Source: Octopus vulgaris (lineage: Eukaryota). Taken from it: a stretch of 64,000 nt of DNA. Below, in pieces: positions 1 to 14,635 of this stretch (position 1 is its first letter; the number at the start of each line of letters is the position of its first letter). Location of the stretch: positions 82,894,001-82,958,000 of the forward strand of contig OX597814.1 of the NCBI GenBank assembly GCA_951406725.2, given 5' to 3'. The translations under genes and the position numbers were made by a program. The notes beneath the pieces were generated by a model. It ran no database searches. It saw only the letters and a list, made by a program, of their open reading frames with translations, and had not been told where the DNA came from.

Positions 1-8
1 CACTACTT

Positions 9-63
<55 letters not shown>

Positions 64-379
64 ATATTATTCGTTCACTCTCTTTCCAGCTACTTTCAAA
101 ATTTATAAATAAATTAAATATTTCACCTCCACTAGTAAGTAACAATGAAAACATGTATTCAAAATGAGCAAATAAATATATCATGTAAAAAAAAAAGTGT
201 GCATAAATGAAGAGGAATAAAAATATAATAATTAGAAATGGTTAGAGGAAATATATGAACAAATACCAAGAAAATTTTTTAATAAATTCCAACCAAAGAA
301 AAATATTACTCAACTAAATATTCTAAGGTAAAAGAAAAGAAATTCTGACATTTTTACTTTGATAAATTACATATGTTGA

Positions 380-939
380 ATAGCATATATATATGTAAGT
401 GTAGTAGTACATGCATATGTATATATATTGACATATGTATATAAACTTACGTTCATCCATCCATACATATATACATGCACACACATATATACATATGTAT
501 TTATACATATATATTTATACATATGTATTTATACATACACGCACACACATATATATGTATAAATACATATGTGCATATATAAGTATTTCTAAAGAAAAAG
601 GAGAAAGATATATTAATACACACAAGCTGACATACATACAAATATATATATATATATATATTTGCATGTTTCTCTATATACACAATATGTGTATATTATA
701 TGTGTATATATATTATACATATATATATTATATTATATATATTTTATATACATACATATATCATATATATACATATATATATATTATATATATACATACA
801 AATATATTATATATACTTACATGTATATTATATATTTATGAATACATATATATAATATATATACAGATATGTTTTACATATATATATATATACATAAATG
901 CATAAATATATATATATATATATATATATACATAAATGC

Positions 940-970
<31 letters not shown>

Positions 971-1050
971 CATACATATATATACAAATGCACCCCCACA
1001 TGCCCCTTATCCCCCCCACACACATGTGCACACACATTCACATATATATT
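380..1050. repeat. TA/CA low-complexity tract
   Basis: Degenerate (TA)n/(TACA)n, the source of spurious YI-rich ORFs. Confidence 0.95.
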
Positions 1051-1394
1051 TAAACAAAATGCTTATTTCTATTTGTTAAGGAATTTACAATTTGAGAGAA
1101 AAAAAATTATGCTAATAATACAATAAAGAACATTTCTCATTTCTATTTTTAATATTTGTGAACATGTGCAGAATCATGATTCTGATACATAGGTGAATAA
1201 GTGAGAGAGAGTGTTTGTGTGTAAATCTCTATATTTCAGTGTTTAGCACTGAGTGTGAATAGGTGTCTGTGTGTATGAGCATATAAATATGAGTGGGTGC
1301 TCATTTGAAAGAGTGTATAAATGAGTATCTGTAAGACTATGTTGCTTGTGTAAGAGTATGTCAACAAATGAATATGCATACATTCGTGTGTTGA

Positions 1395-1445
<51 letters not shown>

Positions 1446-2088
1446 CATGTGCATGTATGTTGAAATGAGCATACCTGTGTATGAGTATATTCTTGTGTGT
1501 GGGCCAGGTTTTCGTTTGGATATAAGGGAAAATGTACATAAGATTCTCAAAAGTAAATAGACACCTTATTTTTTATTTTGTTATTGAAAGATTTATTTCT
1601 GGAAACAAAATAATGTCATTTGATGCATTTAAATACCTAATCTAATATTTAGTAGACATGATTCATGCAGTTATAATGATTTAACTTGTTTAAGCATCAT
1701 TCTAATGAGTAATGTCCAATATATACAATGGTATAATGAGGTGTGTCTATTTACTTTTGAGGCGTCTGTGTGTATGTGTATGATGTCTGCATCTTGAGAT
1801 GTGAATGCATATGTACGACTGCATGTGTATGTGTTGGTGATATCCTCAATACATTTATGTATATTAGCACTGCGGTACATATTCCAAGTGCTTTCACTAT
1901 TTTAGAAATAATTTGATTTATATTTTTAAGTTAAGTGATGTGTGCCTGTAAGTCTGTACTTTTGTGTACACATGTACATTTGCTTAAACAAATAGTTACA
2001 TATTCATGCTTTCTATCTCATAGACACGCACACACACACACATACACACACATTTTTCTTTACCTTCTTCAATACATATGCATGTATG

Positions 2089-2122
<34 letters not shown>

Positions 2123-2263
2123 TATATATATTGATAGATAGATAGAGAAATAAACTTGTGCATATGTATGTTTGTATATATATGTGTATATATTTAAACA
2201 TGCACACATACATAAATATACATACAGACATATATGCACATATATAAAATACATAGATATGTA

Positions 2264-3455
2264 TTGGGTCATCCCATAAATAATGCATTTTTTATATACT
2301 TTTTATTTTTCAAAATTAAGATAAACAAGGTTTTTTTAAATCTAAAATATACTCTCCTTCATTTTCTACAATGCTCTTCCATCTATCTAGTAGACTTGTG
2401 AGGCCTCTCTTCCAAAATTCACTTGTCTGTGATGAAAAATACTCCTCCAGTACTGTTCTGACCTTGTCTACAGAATTCATATTTTTCCCATCCAAATGAT
2501 TTTGAAGACTGTGGAATAAATGATAATCAGATGGAGCAATGTCCAGCAAATATGGTGGGTGAGGCATCATTTCCCATTCAAACTACTTTTCATCTTTGCA
2601 ATATCATCCTTGCTATATGTGGCCGAGCATTATCCTGATGGAAGAACAACTTTTGTCTTGAAACCAAAGATGGTTTCTAGTGCTGACTTACGTCACTCAA
2701 GCTGTTTGCAGTAGATCTCCTTTGTTACTGTTTGGTTTGGGCTTAAAAGTTCAAAGTGGACTAAACCTTTCACATCCCACCAAACAGATAACAATACCTT
2801 ACATTTATAAAGACTTTCTTTAGCCTGGTGTGCTGGTATTTCTCCTTTCCCTACTCACTGTCTTCGGCATTTGACATTTCTATAGAGAGCCCATTTCTTG
2901 TCACCAGTCACTATTCAGTCCAAAACAGGTTCATTTGTGAGATGTGTCAGCAAAGAAGAGCACACATTTACTTTCTGTGTGCAGTTAAACTCGGAAAGTT
3001 TGTGAGGAAGCCATTGCTGACTTTTCTGATGAGACACAGATGTCGATGAATGGTTGAATGACCAAATCCCAGCTTCTCTGCTAGTTCATCAATGGTTATG
3101 ATGGGATTTTGTTTCCGGCTTGGAAGTTCTGGAACCACCGTTGACACTGGCTTATGCTTATTGTCCAATCCCCATATACTGTATTAATTTTCCTCATATT
3201 TTTCGTTGCATTGTTGCCTTAATTGAACTCATAAAGCAAAATATGCTGAATATGCTCCTTTGTCCCTTCCATTATAACTTTGAAAAAATAACTCTTAAAA
3301 TCGAACTGCACTCTTCAAAATTTGCACACTGAATATGGCCAAGGTAAAATTACTACCTGCTTTTATAGCAAGCTGATGCAGGTAATTTATCTCCTCCTTC
3401 TCTGACTTTTCGTTCATGCAATTGAAAAAACTGCATTATTTATGGGATGACCTAG
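2264..3455 (-). mobile_element. Full-length decayed mariner (Tc1/mariner) DNA transposon
   Basis: TIRs TTGGGTCATCCCATAAATAATGCA (from 2264) and TGCATTATTTATGGGATGACCTAG (to 3455), with TA at 2262-63 and 3456-57. The minus strand encodes WLPHKL (WVPHEL-like), VTGDKKW, HQDNARPH and PHPPYLLDIAPSDYHLF, broken by stops and frameshifts. Confidence 0.95.
2316..3270 (-). pseudogene. Mariner transposase pseudogene
   Basis: ORF pieces 2968-3168 (HTH, TIDELAEKLGFGHSTIHRHL) and 2316-2570 (third catalytic Asp region), plus motifs in other frames. Confidence 0.9.
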
Positions 3456-3744
3456 TACATATATACATACATATTTGTACGTATGTATCTTCAGGCACTG
3501 TTTCCTCTATATGGCTTACTCATCACTTTTCTGCCATTTCATGTTTTATCCTTTGTACTGTTACTTTCATTGCTTTCATTCTTTACTTCACTTGTTACTG
3601 TTTTCTCTTCCTTCTCTTACCCTTTTCTGATGAGTTGTAGTGCATCTGAGCACTATATACAAGAAGCTCCATATCACACATACACACAGACATATAAATG
3701 CGCATGCACGTGTACACACACACTCACACTCACTCACACACACT

Positions 3745-3784
<40 letters not shown>

Positions 3785-3811
3785 TATGCATTGACATCCT
3801 GAGCCAGTTAT

Positions 3812-4165
3812 CGTCATCATCATCATCATTTAATGTCTGTTTTACACGCTGGTTTGGGTTGGACGGTTTGACTGGAAACTGGTAAGCCTGGGAGCTGCAC
3901 CAGGTTCTGATTTGATTTGGCAAGGTTTCTATGGTTGGATGCCCTTCCCAACACCAACCACTCCGAGAGTGTAGTGGGTGTTTTTTTATGTGTCACTGGC
4001 ACACATGCCATTGACCTGACACTGGCATCAGCCATGGTCTCACTTGGCTTGACAGGTCTACACAAGCACGGTGTATCGCTAAAGGTCTTGGTCACTTGTC
4101 ACTACTTCCATTTGAGGCCCAATGCTTGAACGGTGCTCTTTACATGCCATCAGCACAGATGCCAG
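3812..4165 (-). mobile_element. (GAT)n-tailed RTE-related short retroposon
   Basis: A (CAT)n tract followed by TTTAATGTC..TTTT..ATGCTGG..TGGGTTGGACGGTTTGAC and GGATGCCCTTCC..CCAACCACTCCGAGAGTG. Related copies lie near 8656, 10098, 14636, 17420, 18760, 38797 and 47218. Confidence 0.7.
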
Positions 4166-4439
4166 TATCTTTTACTACTATCTCCTCAGCTTGACACATG
4201 TGTAGGGAGAGAAAAGAGAAATGGAAACTCTATGGAAGCTCATCCAAGGAATTGTGATTGTGACTCAAAGAATCAGCTTTGTCACAGTGTCAAACTGATT
4301 TTACCTGAGGATTACGTTGAGAGTAAACATGTGTTAGGAATACTCAGCTATGTGTACTGTAATTCAGTTTGTCAGCAGTTCGGTTGATTGAATAGCTGCA
4401 ATACTTATCGTCAAAACCAGCTGTGATCCTTTTTATAAT

Positions 4440-4510
4440 CTATCTACCTATCCATCTGTCTGCCTGTCTGCCTACATGTCTGTCTGTCTGTCTGTCTGTT
4501 TATCTGTCTG

Positions 4511-4575
<65 letters not shown>

Positions 4576-4816
4576 TCACCTGCCTGTCTGTCTATTTGCT
4601 TACCTGCTTGCCTGTCTGTCAGTTTGTCTTTCTTGCTAGTTAATTGTCTACCTGAGTGCCTGCCTCTTTGTCTGTCTCTCTAGCTAGCTAACTGCCTGTC
4701 TGACTGTGCGTATGTGATGTCTGTCTGTCTGTTTATCTGTCCATCTGTGTATATGGATGTGTGTATTTTTTTCTGTGTATGTGCATATAATTCAGAAGAT
4801 TATTGCACATGGATAA

Positions 4817-4875
<59 letters not shown>

Positions 4876-5086
4876 CATACATACATACATACATACATAC
4901 ATACATACATACATACATACATACATACACACATATGTACATAATGCACATACAAATATAATTGCCTACATATATATATATATATATATGTAGGAAATTA
5001 CATGCATATATAAATCTATGCATTTACAATTTCCTCCTTTATCTCTTTGAATATGTGTGCCTATGTGTATACACACACACACACAT

Positions 5087-5127
<41 letters not shown>

Positions 5128-5130
5128 TAC
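4440..5130. repeat. Compound microsatellites (TCTG/TCTA, GATA, TACA, CA)
   Basis: Direct reading. Confidence 0.95.
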
Positions 5131-5908
5131 GGAGTTATATGTTTTTATATGTGTATGATGTGTGCAAGAGTATATATATGATACAATACACCCTTTGTGA
5201 GTACTGATATTTGTTATATTTGCAATACATTGCAGCAGTGTTCTATTTGCAAGAAAATTTGTAAGAAAAAAAAAAAGAAAATATTTTGCTAAGAATATTT
5301 CTACAGTTATTATCGGCTCACTTAACTTACTAAAAAAGAACAAACACAGAAATGGCAACTTTTGATTTCTTACACAAGCTTCACAACTCCAAAGAGTATT
5401 GATCTTATAAAGAAGTGCAAACATAGCATGAAAAGCTTCCTAGCTTATTCTCTGCAAACAAACAGTGTGGCACCATTACCATAGCAACTCTATGTCTATT
5501 TAGTAAACAAAAAAGCTCAAAAAGAAAAAGAAAAAAAAAATGCAATTGAAGGTTCCTACAGAGGATATATAGTTTGTAATGATGTTTGCTTTATTATTAT
5601 TGTAAGTTATACTGACAAATTACTTGGTGTGTTGGTAAAAAATACCTGCTGAGCTATTTTACAAAAATTCTTTGATGTTTATTTAAAATTCAATTTCAAG
5701 AAGATAATAGAAACATATTTTTCAAGAGTTTATGTTTTTTAAGAGAATAATTTATATTTTATAATCTGAAACCAATTTCTATCAAAAATATTGGTTTTTA
5801 TTAGATATCATGGATTACATTTTAGCAAGGATTAAAACTTGAATGAAAGACTGGGGAATCTAAATATATATTGGCTCTAAGCTTGAGGTTCATTCAAGGT
5901 TTCTGTAA

Positions 5909-6123
5909 CCCTTTAATATTTAAACCAGCCATATCTGGCTCAAGTACCTGTTTTACCTTCAAACTGGCTAGATCCAGTTTCTCACATATACCCTGTAATG
6001 TCATTCTAAAAATAAACAATCATAACTTTGAAATCTTGAAGCTACAAGATGATACAGGATTAACTTTAAAGAATGTGAATAAATATGCATTACATTTGAC
6101 AAAGTAAGCTGAATGCTAAATGG
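5909..6123. mobile_element. piggyBac-like MITE
   Basis: Ends CCCTTTAATATT and AATGCTAAATGG are imperfect inverted repeats, flanked by GTAA and TTAA. The same right end (GAATGCTAAAGGGTTAA) recurs near 26138-26154. Confidence 0.6.
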
Positions 6124-8655
6124 TTAATTTTCTACTATGGATATTATTAATTCAAACAATAATCACTGCAGTGATTTAATAAATCCAGTAACTTATAAAT
6201 GCAATTAAAATGTTACATACAAACATGGGTGCTAATGTGGCTAGAGTGAGGGTTAAGGAGTTTACTTCAAAGACACTTGGTTCTGGGTTCAATCCCACTG
6301 TGTGTCAATTTGGATAAATGTCTTCTAGTGTTAGCTTGATCAATACTTCTTGAGTGGAATTTGCTAGACAAAGACTGTGCAGAAGTTCAGTGTATACATA
6401 CATATCTACACTCACACACACATAGCTATGTGTGTGTAGATACATGTATGTATATTGTGTGTGTATGTGTGCATGTGTGTGTGCATGTGCATGCACAAAT
6501 GTGTGTGTGTGTGTGTGTGTATCTTTTGATGATTTATATTGCCATAGGATATAAACATTGCTGAGAAATCTGAAAAAGCAATGCCTTATAAATGAAATTC
6601 CTTTGTCACTGTAGCTTTCATGAATGCAGTAAACCAAGGACTAGTTCAGAGGATGCCATTTACAAATGAAGGCAATTATTCATTTTTGACAAATTACAAA
6701 AAAATAAATAAATAAATAAAATAAAATAAAACATTAAAACTAAAATATATAAAAAAAAGATGTTTTACTAGTAATAACCTGCTATATTTCTGAAAACAAA
6801 TTATTCTAAAATGTCCTAATCAACCTAAATACAAATAGGTACCAAGAGTAAACCATTGTTTTCCTAAATCCCAAGAAGTCATAAATTCTGGGCTTCAGTT
6901 TCTGCTATACCAAGCAGGTGATAAATAAACTTACTTTTAGATAGATCACTACAAAATCAAAGTTAATTTTTAAAAGGAAAGAATTTAACTTGGTAGTGCA
7001 AGTCAATAGATCTCAACACAGTTCTTTGGTACTGTTGCTTCTTATTGGATTAATTATTTTTCCTGTAGTACCTTCTTTGCAATAGATATTTGTGATCTGA
7101 AGGATGGGAAAATAAAGACTCTTACATCGAGCTGATGAAACAAACTTCAAAACAAGGCAACTAATTTGCACTCCATCTGAAAAATTTATACAACCCTGTA
7201 TACTTTCATTACCTCACACCTCCTGATCTACAATTCCCCAGAACTTGCTATACACTTCTGACCTTGCTGGTTGCCCATCCAAGCAAGAGGCAAATTGAAA
7301 GACCCACTCTTTTTTTTTTTACATGACTTCATTTTCTCTTATACTTCCAGTGACTTTCAATGCTGATTCAATACCTCATTAGTTTTAAACATTGCGAGTT
7401 TAACAATTTGGTCATTGGCAGAAAGCCATATCAGAATTAATTGATTGTTTGGTGCACTCTTAACTGTGCAATCACTTTTTAAACAAGTTATAATGAAATT
7501 TTCAATGCAGTTCAGTTCATTGATTTCAACCACAGATTTACAAATTATAAAAGATATACAAAGCAGATACTGATAGCTGAGGCCCCATTGTTAAGGTAAC
7601 TTCTGGGATAAATGTCTTGAGTTCTATCTCGAGTCCATGGTATATAAATGACCAAAATTACAGCATTCACCTTTAATAGGATGCCTGTCCATCACAGGGT
7701 TACTTGATTACAGATGAGTGAATTGGAGCAATGTGAAATGAAGTATTTTACTCAAGAACACAACACATCTTCCAGACTTGGAACTGAAACCATGATCTTG
7801 TGATAGTGAGTGCAACACTAATGGATAGATTATGTGCTTTTATGAGGCTCCATAGCAAAAGTTGAAATTAGTAGCCATGTTTCAAGTTGATTTTTGTCAA
7901 AGTATTTATTTAGCTTGAAATATAGAGGCCAAACTCTTTCAAAGTTTTCCAAAGAAAAATGTAAAATTATTCCAGCATATTGCTCCTTAATTATTCTTCA
8001 AGAAGATAAAGTCTTTGACACTGTTCCTGCTAAATGATAAGTTGCTGTAATATTTTTGCAAACCTGCTAGTTGGGTAATAGTTTCTTTTAAAAAAGGAAC
8101 TCAAAGAGTTTGTTTGTAAAAGAGTATATGTATTTACAAAGTAACATGAATAAAAATAATACAATAATCTTCCTGTGGGGAATGGAAAATTCAACATTTT
8201 GGATAGAGTTGTTCTTCAAGGAAAAACAGAAAGGAGAGAAATTAATGAGAGAAAGCAGAGTTTTAGATCCATTAAGTCAAAAATGCTGGTTGCAACTGAT
8301 ATGAACTTCATATGTGAACAAGAAGTTGTAGGAGAAACAGTGTGAGAAGGTGAAAAGAAAGGGGAATGGAATGAGAAGAAGCAGGTAAAGTTACCCTGAA
8401 CAAGGACTCTGTCTGAAATGCCTGATTTTCTATTCCCTTTAGTAAGTTCTCTGCACTCTTTTTATCAGTTTTACTATGCAGACCAACACCAGCCCCTTTG
8501 GAGCCTGATTATACTTGCAAAATAACAGAGTTACTATTCCATGGTATTGTATGAAACTGTAGGAGTTCAGATGTAGTCAAAGTTTATACTAGAGATATTT
8601 GTTTTACAATTTACAAAGATACATATATAAATCTTCTAATCCTGTGGTGTAAATA

Positions 8656-8826
8656 TCATCATCATCATTTAATGTTTGTTTTCCATGCTGGTATGGGTTG
8701 GACGGTTTGACAGAACTGGTTAACTGGGGAGCTGCACCAGGCTCCAAACTGATTTGGCATTGTTTCTATGGCCAGATGCCCTTCCTAACACCAACCACTT
8801 CAAGAGTGTAGTGGGTGCTTTTTACA
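8656..8826 (-). mobile_element. (GAT)n-tailed RTE-related short retroposon
   Basis: Same family as 3812-4165. Confidence 0.7.
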
Positions 8827-10599
8827 TAGATGCATTGATTGATTGAAGATATATAAATGGTTGAACATTAAAACCTGTAACAACAACTAAACTTTTAATT
8901 TTATTGTCTGTCACAATATTCTATTACACTACATTTAAAATCATGTAACTGCTTTCCATTCCTGCATTCCTTTCAGTCAACACTCAGTCATTCACTCTCA
9001 CTCTGTTTGCCTCTCACTTCAACTATTCCACATGCCCCTGCACTTAACATGTTTACATCTCTCTCTCTTTGTACCTTCTCCTTCTTTCTTCAACTAACAA
9101 CACAATGTAACAACAATATATTTCTCTTAGCTCTCAGTTCTGACACTCTTCTCTTTCCCTTGAACTAACCACGTGATAGTGTCATATATTTGGTCTTAGC
9201 ATAATTATTACTTTCTCCCTACTTCACATCAGTAACATTTCTCTCTCCCTCTCTTTCCCTTGCTCTTCATCTTTCCCATTAACTAACCATGTGACAGTGT
9301 AACACATTCAAGTTTGTTAATATAAAGATAGTGAAGTATCTTTTCATTCTTTCTCCCTTCTCCAACTGGTTATCATTATTAACAAACCAGAATAGATGAA
9401 ATAAATTCCAGTGAAATGCTGTTAAAGATTTATTAACAATTGTAATTTTTCCAACATTTTTATTTATTTATCTAAAAAGAACACAATTTAAAAAGGTGGC
9501 AAATTAAAGGTGTCATGAAAAAATGAAAAAGATGTAAGTAAATGAATGAAGAAAATAAACATGCATACTCACCACATCTGAGAACACTGGTATTTCATCC
9601 TAAAAAAATTTTAAAGCAGCCCAAAACACTCAAAGCATTACTGCAGATAATAGCAAGGATGGGATAGATGCTGGTCTAGCCAAACACCATTGTGAGCATT
9701 ATATGACATTTAGGTGAGACAGGATACAATCAAAGTTTGCTAGACAAAAAAATAAATAAATAAAAAACAGTAGATTCTAGCTCCATGGTCTGAGTGTTAA
9801 TGTTATTTATAGGAAAAATATTTCATTTGATAACACAATTGGTACATCAAAGAAATCATCTGTCATAATGAGCTTATAGAAGTGAATGCAGTAACAAAGG
9901 TTGAATGTATTATGATGTAGTTCACTTTTCATCCTTTTGGAGTCAATTGAATAAAAAGTAGTCAAGTACTGAAATTAACTTGATACACTACACCTTTCCC
10001 CTTAGTTCCTGGCTTAGTACCAAAGTTAGAAATCATCGTCATTATTCTCCAGACAAAGCACTTCATAGCATTTCTACTAGCTTTATGTTCTTCTTCTTCA
10101 TCATCATCATCATCATTTAATGTCCATTTTTCATGCTGGCATGTATTGGTGGGTTTGATAGGAGCTAGTAAGCCGGAGAGCTGCACCAGGCTCTAGTTGT
10201 CTGAGTGCTTTTTATGTGGTACTGGCACAGGTGCTTTTTATATGGCACCAACACCAGCAGGGTTGCCAAGTCAGCTGCAAGACAAAGATCTCTTAGTTGA
10301 AGGAGGGAGTGAAACCGAGGGAAGAGGCTGTGTGTCAGGTGAGAGGTTAGAAAAATTAAAGTGGTTGGGAGGAGGGTAAGAAGAATGAGAGGATGTAAAG
10401 TGTGCAGGCAAGCACATGAGAGAAGAATAGTGGGGCCTGTAGCAGGTTTTGGTTAGATGAGAGAGTTTTGATAGAGGTCAGATAATGTGAGCATGTGTGT
10501 GTGAGGGCTAAGCCTGTCTATAAACGACATGCACATATGTATGGATGGCCACGATTTCACTTAGCTTGACATATCTTCTCAAGCACAGCAAATAGCCAG

Positions 10600-11650
10600 A
10601 AGTCTTCTTGTTGCACACCACATCTGATACCTCTTATACTTAATTTTTCTATTAAACTACAATCTGTCATAATATATACTGACATTGCACTTCCATTGGA
10701 GCATTCTGGCTTCATTTCTTTCAAGCTTTTCCATGTCCTCTGCAGTCACAGCCCATGTTTCACTGCCATTTAATGTAGCTTTTCGTACAGAGGCATTATA
10801 TAATCTACCTTTCACTCTGAAGGAGAGGCTCTTTGTTACTAACAAAGGTAATAGCTCTCTGAATTTTGCCCAACCCATTCTTATTTATTTCTTTATTGCT
10901 CACAGGGGGCTAAACATAGAGGGGACAAACAAGGACAGACAAAGGGATTAAGTCGATTGCATCAACTCCAGTGCATAACTGGTACTTATTTAATTGACCC
11001 CGAAAGGATGAAAGGTAAAGTCAACCTTGGCAGAATTTGAACTCAGAATGTAATGGCAGACGAAATACCACTAAGCATTTCACCCGGTGTCCTAATGATT
11101 CTGCCAGCTTGCCATCCTATTCTTATTCTAGTAACTATTCTTTCAAAGCATCCTCCTCCACTGATAACTTGGTTGTCTAAGTAACAGAAGGTATCTCCCA
11201 TTCCTAAGGATGCCCCCAGGCATTTGAAGAAGTCTATTTTTCTGTACATAATTAATGTTCATTGTACCTGCACATCTGCCACATACAAACACTACCATCT
11301 TTGTTAAGCCTTCCTATGACACTGCTATACCCCTTATGTGTACATAGCTTGCACTGGATACACCATATGAAATCTCTACATATACTTTTTCTACATATTG
11401 ACCTGGGCTACTCTCTGAAGGGATTAGTAATTTGTCTGTTTTCCTATACAAGGACTTGGGTCTTTGTTAAATTAACTCTGAGGCCCTTTGATTCCAGACC
11501 TTGCTTCCATGCCTGAAATTTCTTCTCTAGCTCTGGTAGTGACTCAGCTTTATGAACAAAGTCATTGGTAGATAAGAGCCCCCAAGGACAGCCAGTTTAA
11601 ATTATTCTGTTATGGCCTAGAGGATTATGATAAACAAGAGGGGGCTGAGG
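10600..11650 (-). pseudogene. RTE-clade LINE reverse transcriptase fragment, interrupted by a SINE
   Basis: Translates to GLRVNLTKTQV, DTFCYLDNQVISGGG, RIRIGW and WAKFRELLPLL..KGRLYNASVRKATLNGSETWAV..LERNEARMLQW, typical of the RTE RT C-terminal half. Confidence 0.85.
10883..11113 (-). mobile_element. tRNA-derived SINE family A inserted in RTE
   Basis: Matches 37295-37524 (A-box-like TGGCAGAATC..TAGC, B-box-like GAGTTCAAATTC). Flanked by an imperfect ~12-bp duplication, CAACCCATTCTT / CATCCTATTCTT. Confidence 0.85.
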
Positions 11651-14004
11651 GCTAAATAAACAAGAAGGGGCTGAGAACTGAAAGGAGCTTTGAGTTCAAA
11701 TTCCACCAAGGTTGACTGTGTCTTTCATCCTTTCTGGGGGTAGGGAGGTTAATAAAATAAGTACTAGTAAAACACTGGGGTCAATGTAATGGACTAGACC
11801 CTACCCCAAAATTCCAGGCCTTGTAGCTATGGTTAAAAGTAATTTTAATGCCAGGCAAAATGCTTAGCAGCATTTCGTCTGTCTTTTATGTTTTGTGTTC
11901 AAACACCGCCATGGTTGATTTTACATTTCATCTTTTCAGAGTCAGTAAAGTAAGTTTATCACTGGGGCTGATGAAATCGATTAGCCCCCTCCCCCATAAT
12001 TTCAGGCCTTGTACCTATAGTAGAAAGGACTGTTATTATTATTATTTTAATTTTAATATCTGATCATGTCATTCTAATGTAGTGTGAATAAATCTGTACA
12101 ACAGACAGTTTCCGTTTGATTTTTTTCACCACCATCTAAATAAGTAAAAAGTAAAACATTAAAAGTAAACAAATAAAATAGCACAAGAAGTATAAAGTTG
12201 AAGTGTCAATAAAACTGCCATCTTCAGCAGTAACATAATCACTGATTTAGCAGCTAACATGTCATTCTAAGTGCAATGCAATCATTGTAACAAGTTCATA
12301 TAAATACCACTAAGTTGTCGCCTTCACTATAATTATAGTCTGCATGAATGTGTTAGTTTAAGATATCCTTTTACTGACTGTTTGTTTTCATTTCCATTCC
12401 TTAATTGTACCTGGAAATTACTAAGAGGGTCATTTACACATACTTCACTGTAATGTTTAAGTTAGTTGACTTAGAACTTAAAACCTTCGTGATGTAATAA
12501 TCAATACATTATCTAGAATTATTGATTGTTCTTCATAATTATATTCTTACTTCTGATGGAAAACATTCTTCATCATTATTGAAAATAAAATCATTTTAAG
12601 ATGTTGGCATATGGTATAGATGTGGTAAGATGCCAAACTGAAAATTCTACTGTATTTAATTTTAGTCTTCTACATTTTGAGTTCAATCCCCACAGAGTTA
12701 ACATTACCTTCCATTCTACTAATTTCGGTAAAATAAATACTGTGTATCTATTGGGGCTGATTAAATTAGCTATATCTTTCTCATACAAATTTGTAGATTT
12801 GGAACAATGCGAAAAATCAATTATTATATTCTTATTTACTAGTATGAAACAAAGTTGCAGAAATAGTTCAATACCAGACTAAATGCTTGACACTTACCTC
12901 CTCTGTGTTCTGAGTTCAAATCATATTGATGCCAAGTTCCATTTCATTACTCAATGATTGATAAAATACAAGCAATGTATATGAAGTTTGATTCAATCAA
13001 TTTATCCATCCCCATCAAAGATTGACCTTATTTAGCAAGAACAGTGGAATTCTTGACTACTTTATTTTAATGGCTCAGTTAGAGTAGGAAAGGTAGCCAC
13101 TATTTTGGGAACTCTGACAATGGTGGTAGGGAAAGTCAGAGTTATTCTCAGATTGCACACCTGGCTAGAATGCTTACAACAAAGTAGACTCCACTAAAGT
13201 TACCAAGGGCCAGATGATGGCATTAAATCAACATTATCATTGTTTTAATCTCATGCAACATATAGATTAGCAGCTCAGTTCCTTCTTAATTCAAGAGTCA
13301 TTGAAATAGATACCAGTAATACCTTGGTGTTGGTTAAAAATTTGGCTGTGCTTGGTAAAACGAAAATCAATACTTCATCTTGTTAAATGTTTTTTTTAAT
13401 ATGCATAATTTTGCCCTAAGGAAGCAGTAGTCTTCTGGTTGATAGAATTTTGATCCTGGTTCCAGTTTTTTTGTTGTTATTTCACATCCCCACATATATA
13501 CTCAAGAGCATCATTTAGTCTCTTCCCTTTCTTCTATAAGTCAGATACAGAGGTTTCTCACATGTGACCATCATCCATCTTTCTTTTCTTTCAGGACTGT
13601 CCTAAGGATTGGCTGTATCCTATCTCTCTCTTCTATCTTTTCTCTTGTTAAAGAAAATATTTCTCCAGTGTTCGCTATTTTACCCTCGTTCTGGTCTAAT
13701 GACCCTCCATGTTTGTTTTCGTTTGGTTTCCTTGTATGTCCCCACTGTCCTATTTTTGTTCCCAACTTTGACCCTCCATAAATCCCAAATTTTATTTTGG
13801 TACTTATGGGAGAAACTGTCTTCAAAGACATATATTGTCGTTCAGTGCTTGAAATGAGTTGATGGACAGCTGGCAACTGATGAAGGGTCATTCTTTATGT
13901 TACTTGTCTTGTTTTCCATTTGTTTCTCTCGTTGTTTGTGTATTTAACTCATTTGTTTTCATATTTTATGTTGTTTACTGTTGGTGAAGTCTTGTACCCA
14001 TATA

Positions 14005-14057
<53 letters not shown>

Positions 14058-14635
14058 TGAGTGAACCACAGCTTACTTTCATGTTTATGATGTTGACTGT
14101 AATTCTCTTGTCATGCTATGTGTTTCTATTCTCTTCATGCCTTGTGTTTCTTTCATTTCCCCTTACCTGCCATCATAGTTTCATATTTCTCATATACACC
14201 ATCTTGTGGTACTTCAGTTTCCACCAATCTGGCCCAACTACTTCCTATCTCCCCCCACACCCACCTTCCAGCATGCCTACAATCTATGTAATTGTTGGTT
14301 TGCAGTTCTTCTCCCCTTCCACACATAGAACTTGGATTGTTTGTCTGTTCCCACCCTTTACTGACCCTTTACTGTTAACACTACCACACTAACAGGATCC
14401 ACACTAACCTTCTACTGCTATATTACTGACTAATTCCTCTATATCACCATGAACACTAGCTGTTGTATAAAATGCAGATTATGTGGCTAACTATATGTAA
14501 GTTAGATTGAGTGAAGATTAACTGATAAATTTAACAAACATCTTCAAGATATCTAAACAGTGTTGGATAACCTGTGGCCAGCCACTTCACTTCATATGAT
14601 TATGCTTTTCTATTTGTGGTATTGTCATTCTTATA

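Noticed and set aside
323-2288. Numerous YI/HT/CV-rich ORFs here and throughout the window
   Set aside because: They are translations of dinucleotide and tetranucleotide microsatellites.
7130-7160. Isolated CTGATGA motifs (also near 25553 and 49080)
   Set aside because: No stem II followed by GAAA.
8396-8425. CTGAACA-AGGAC(TCT)GTCT-GAAA decayed hammerhead
   Set aside because: The core G8 is absent and stems I and III cannot be formed; at best a fossil.
13845-13895. GAAA..CTGATGA as a type II hammerhead
   Set aside because: No convincing stem II, stem III or NUH site.
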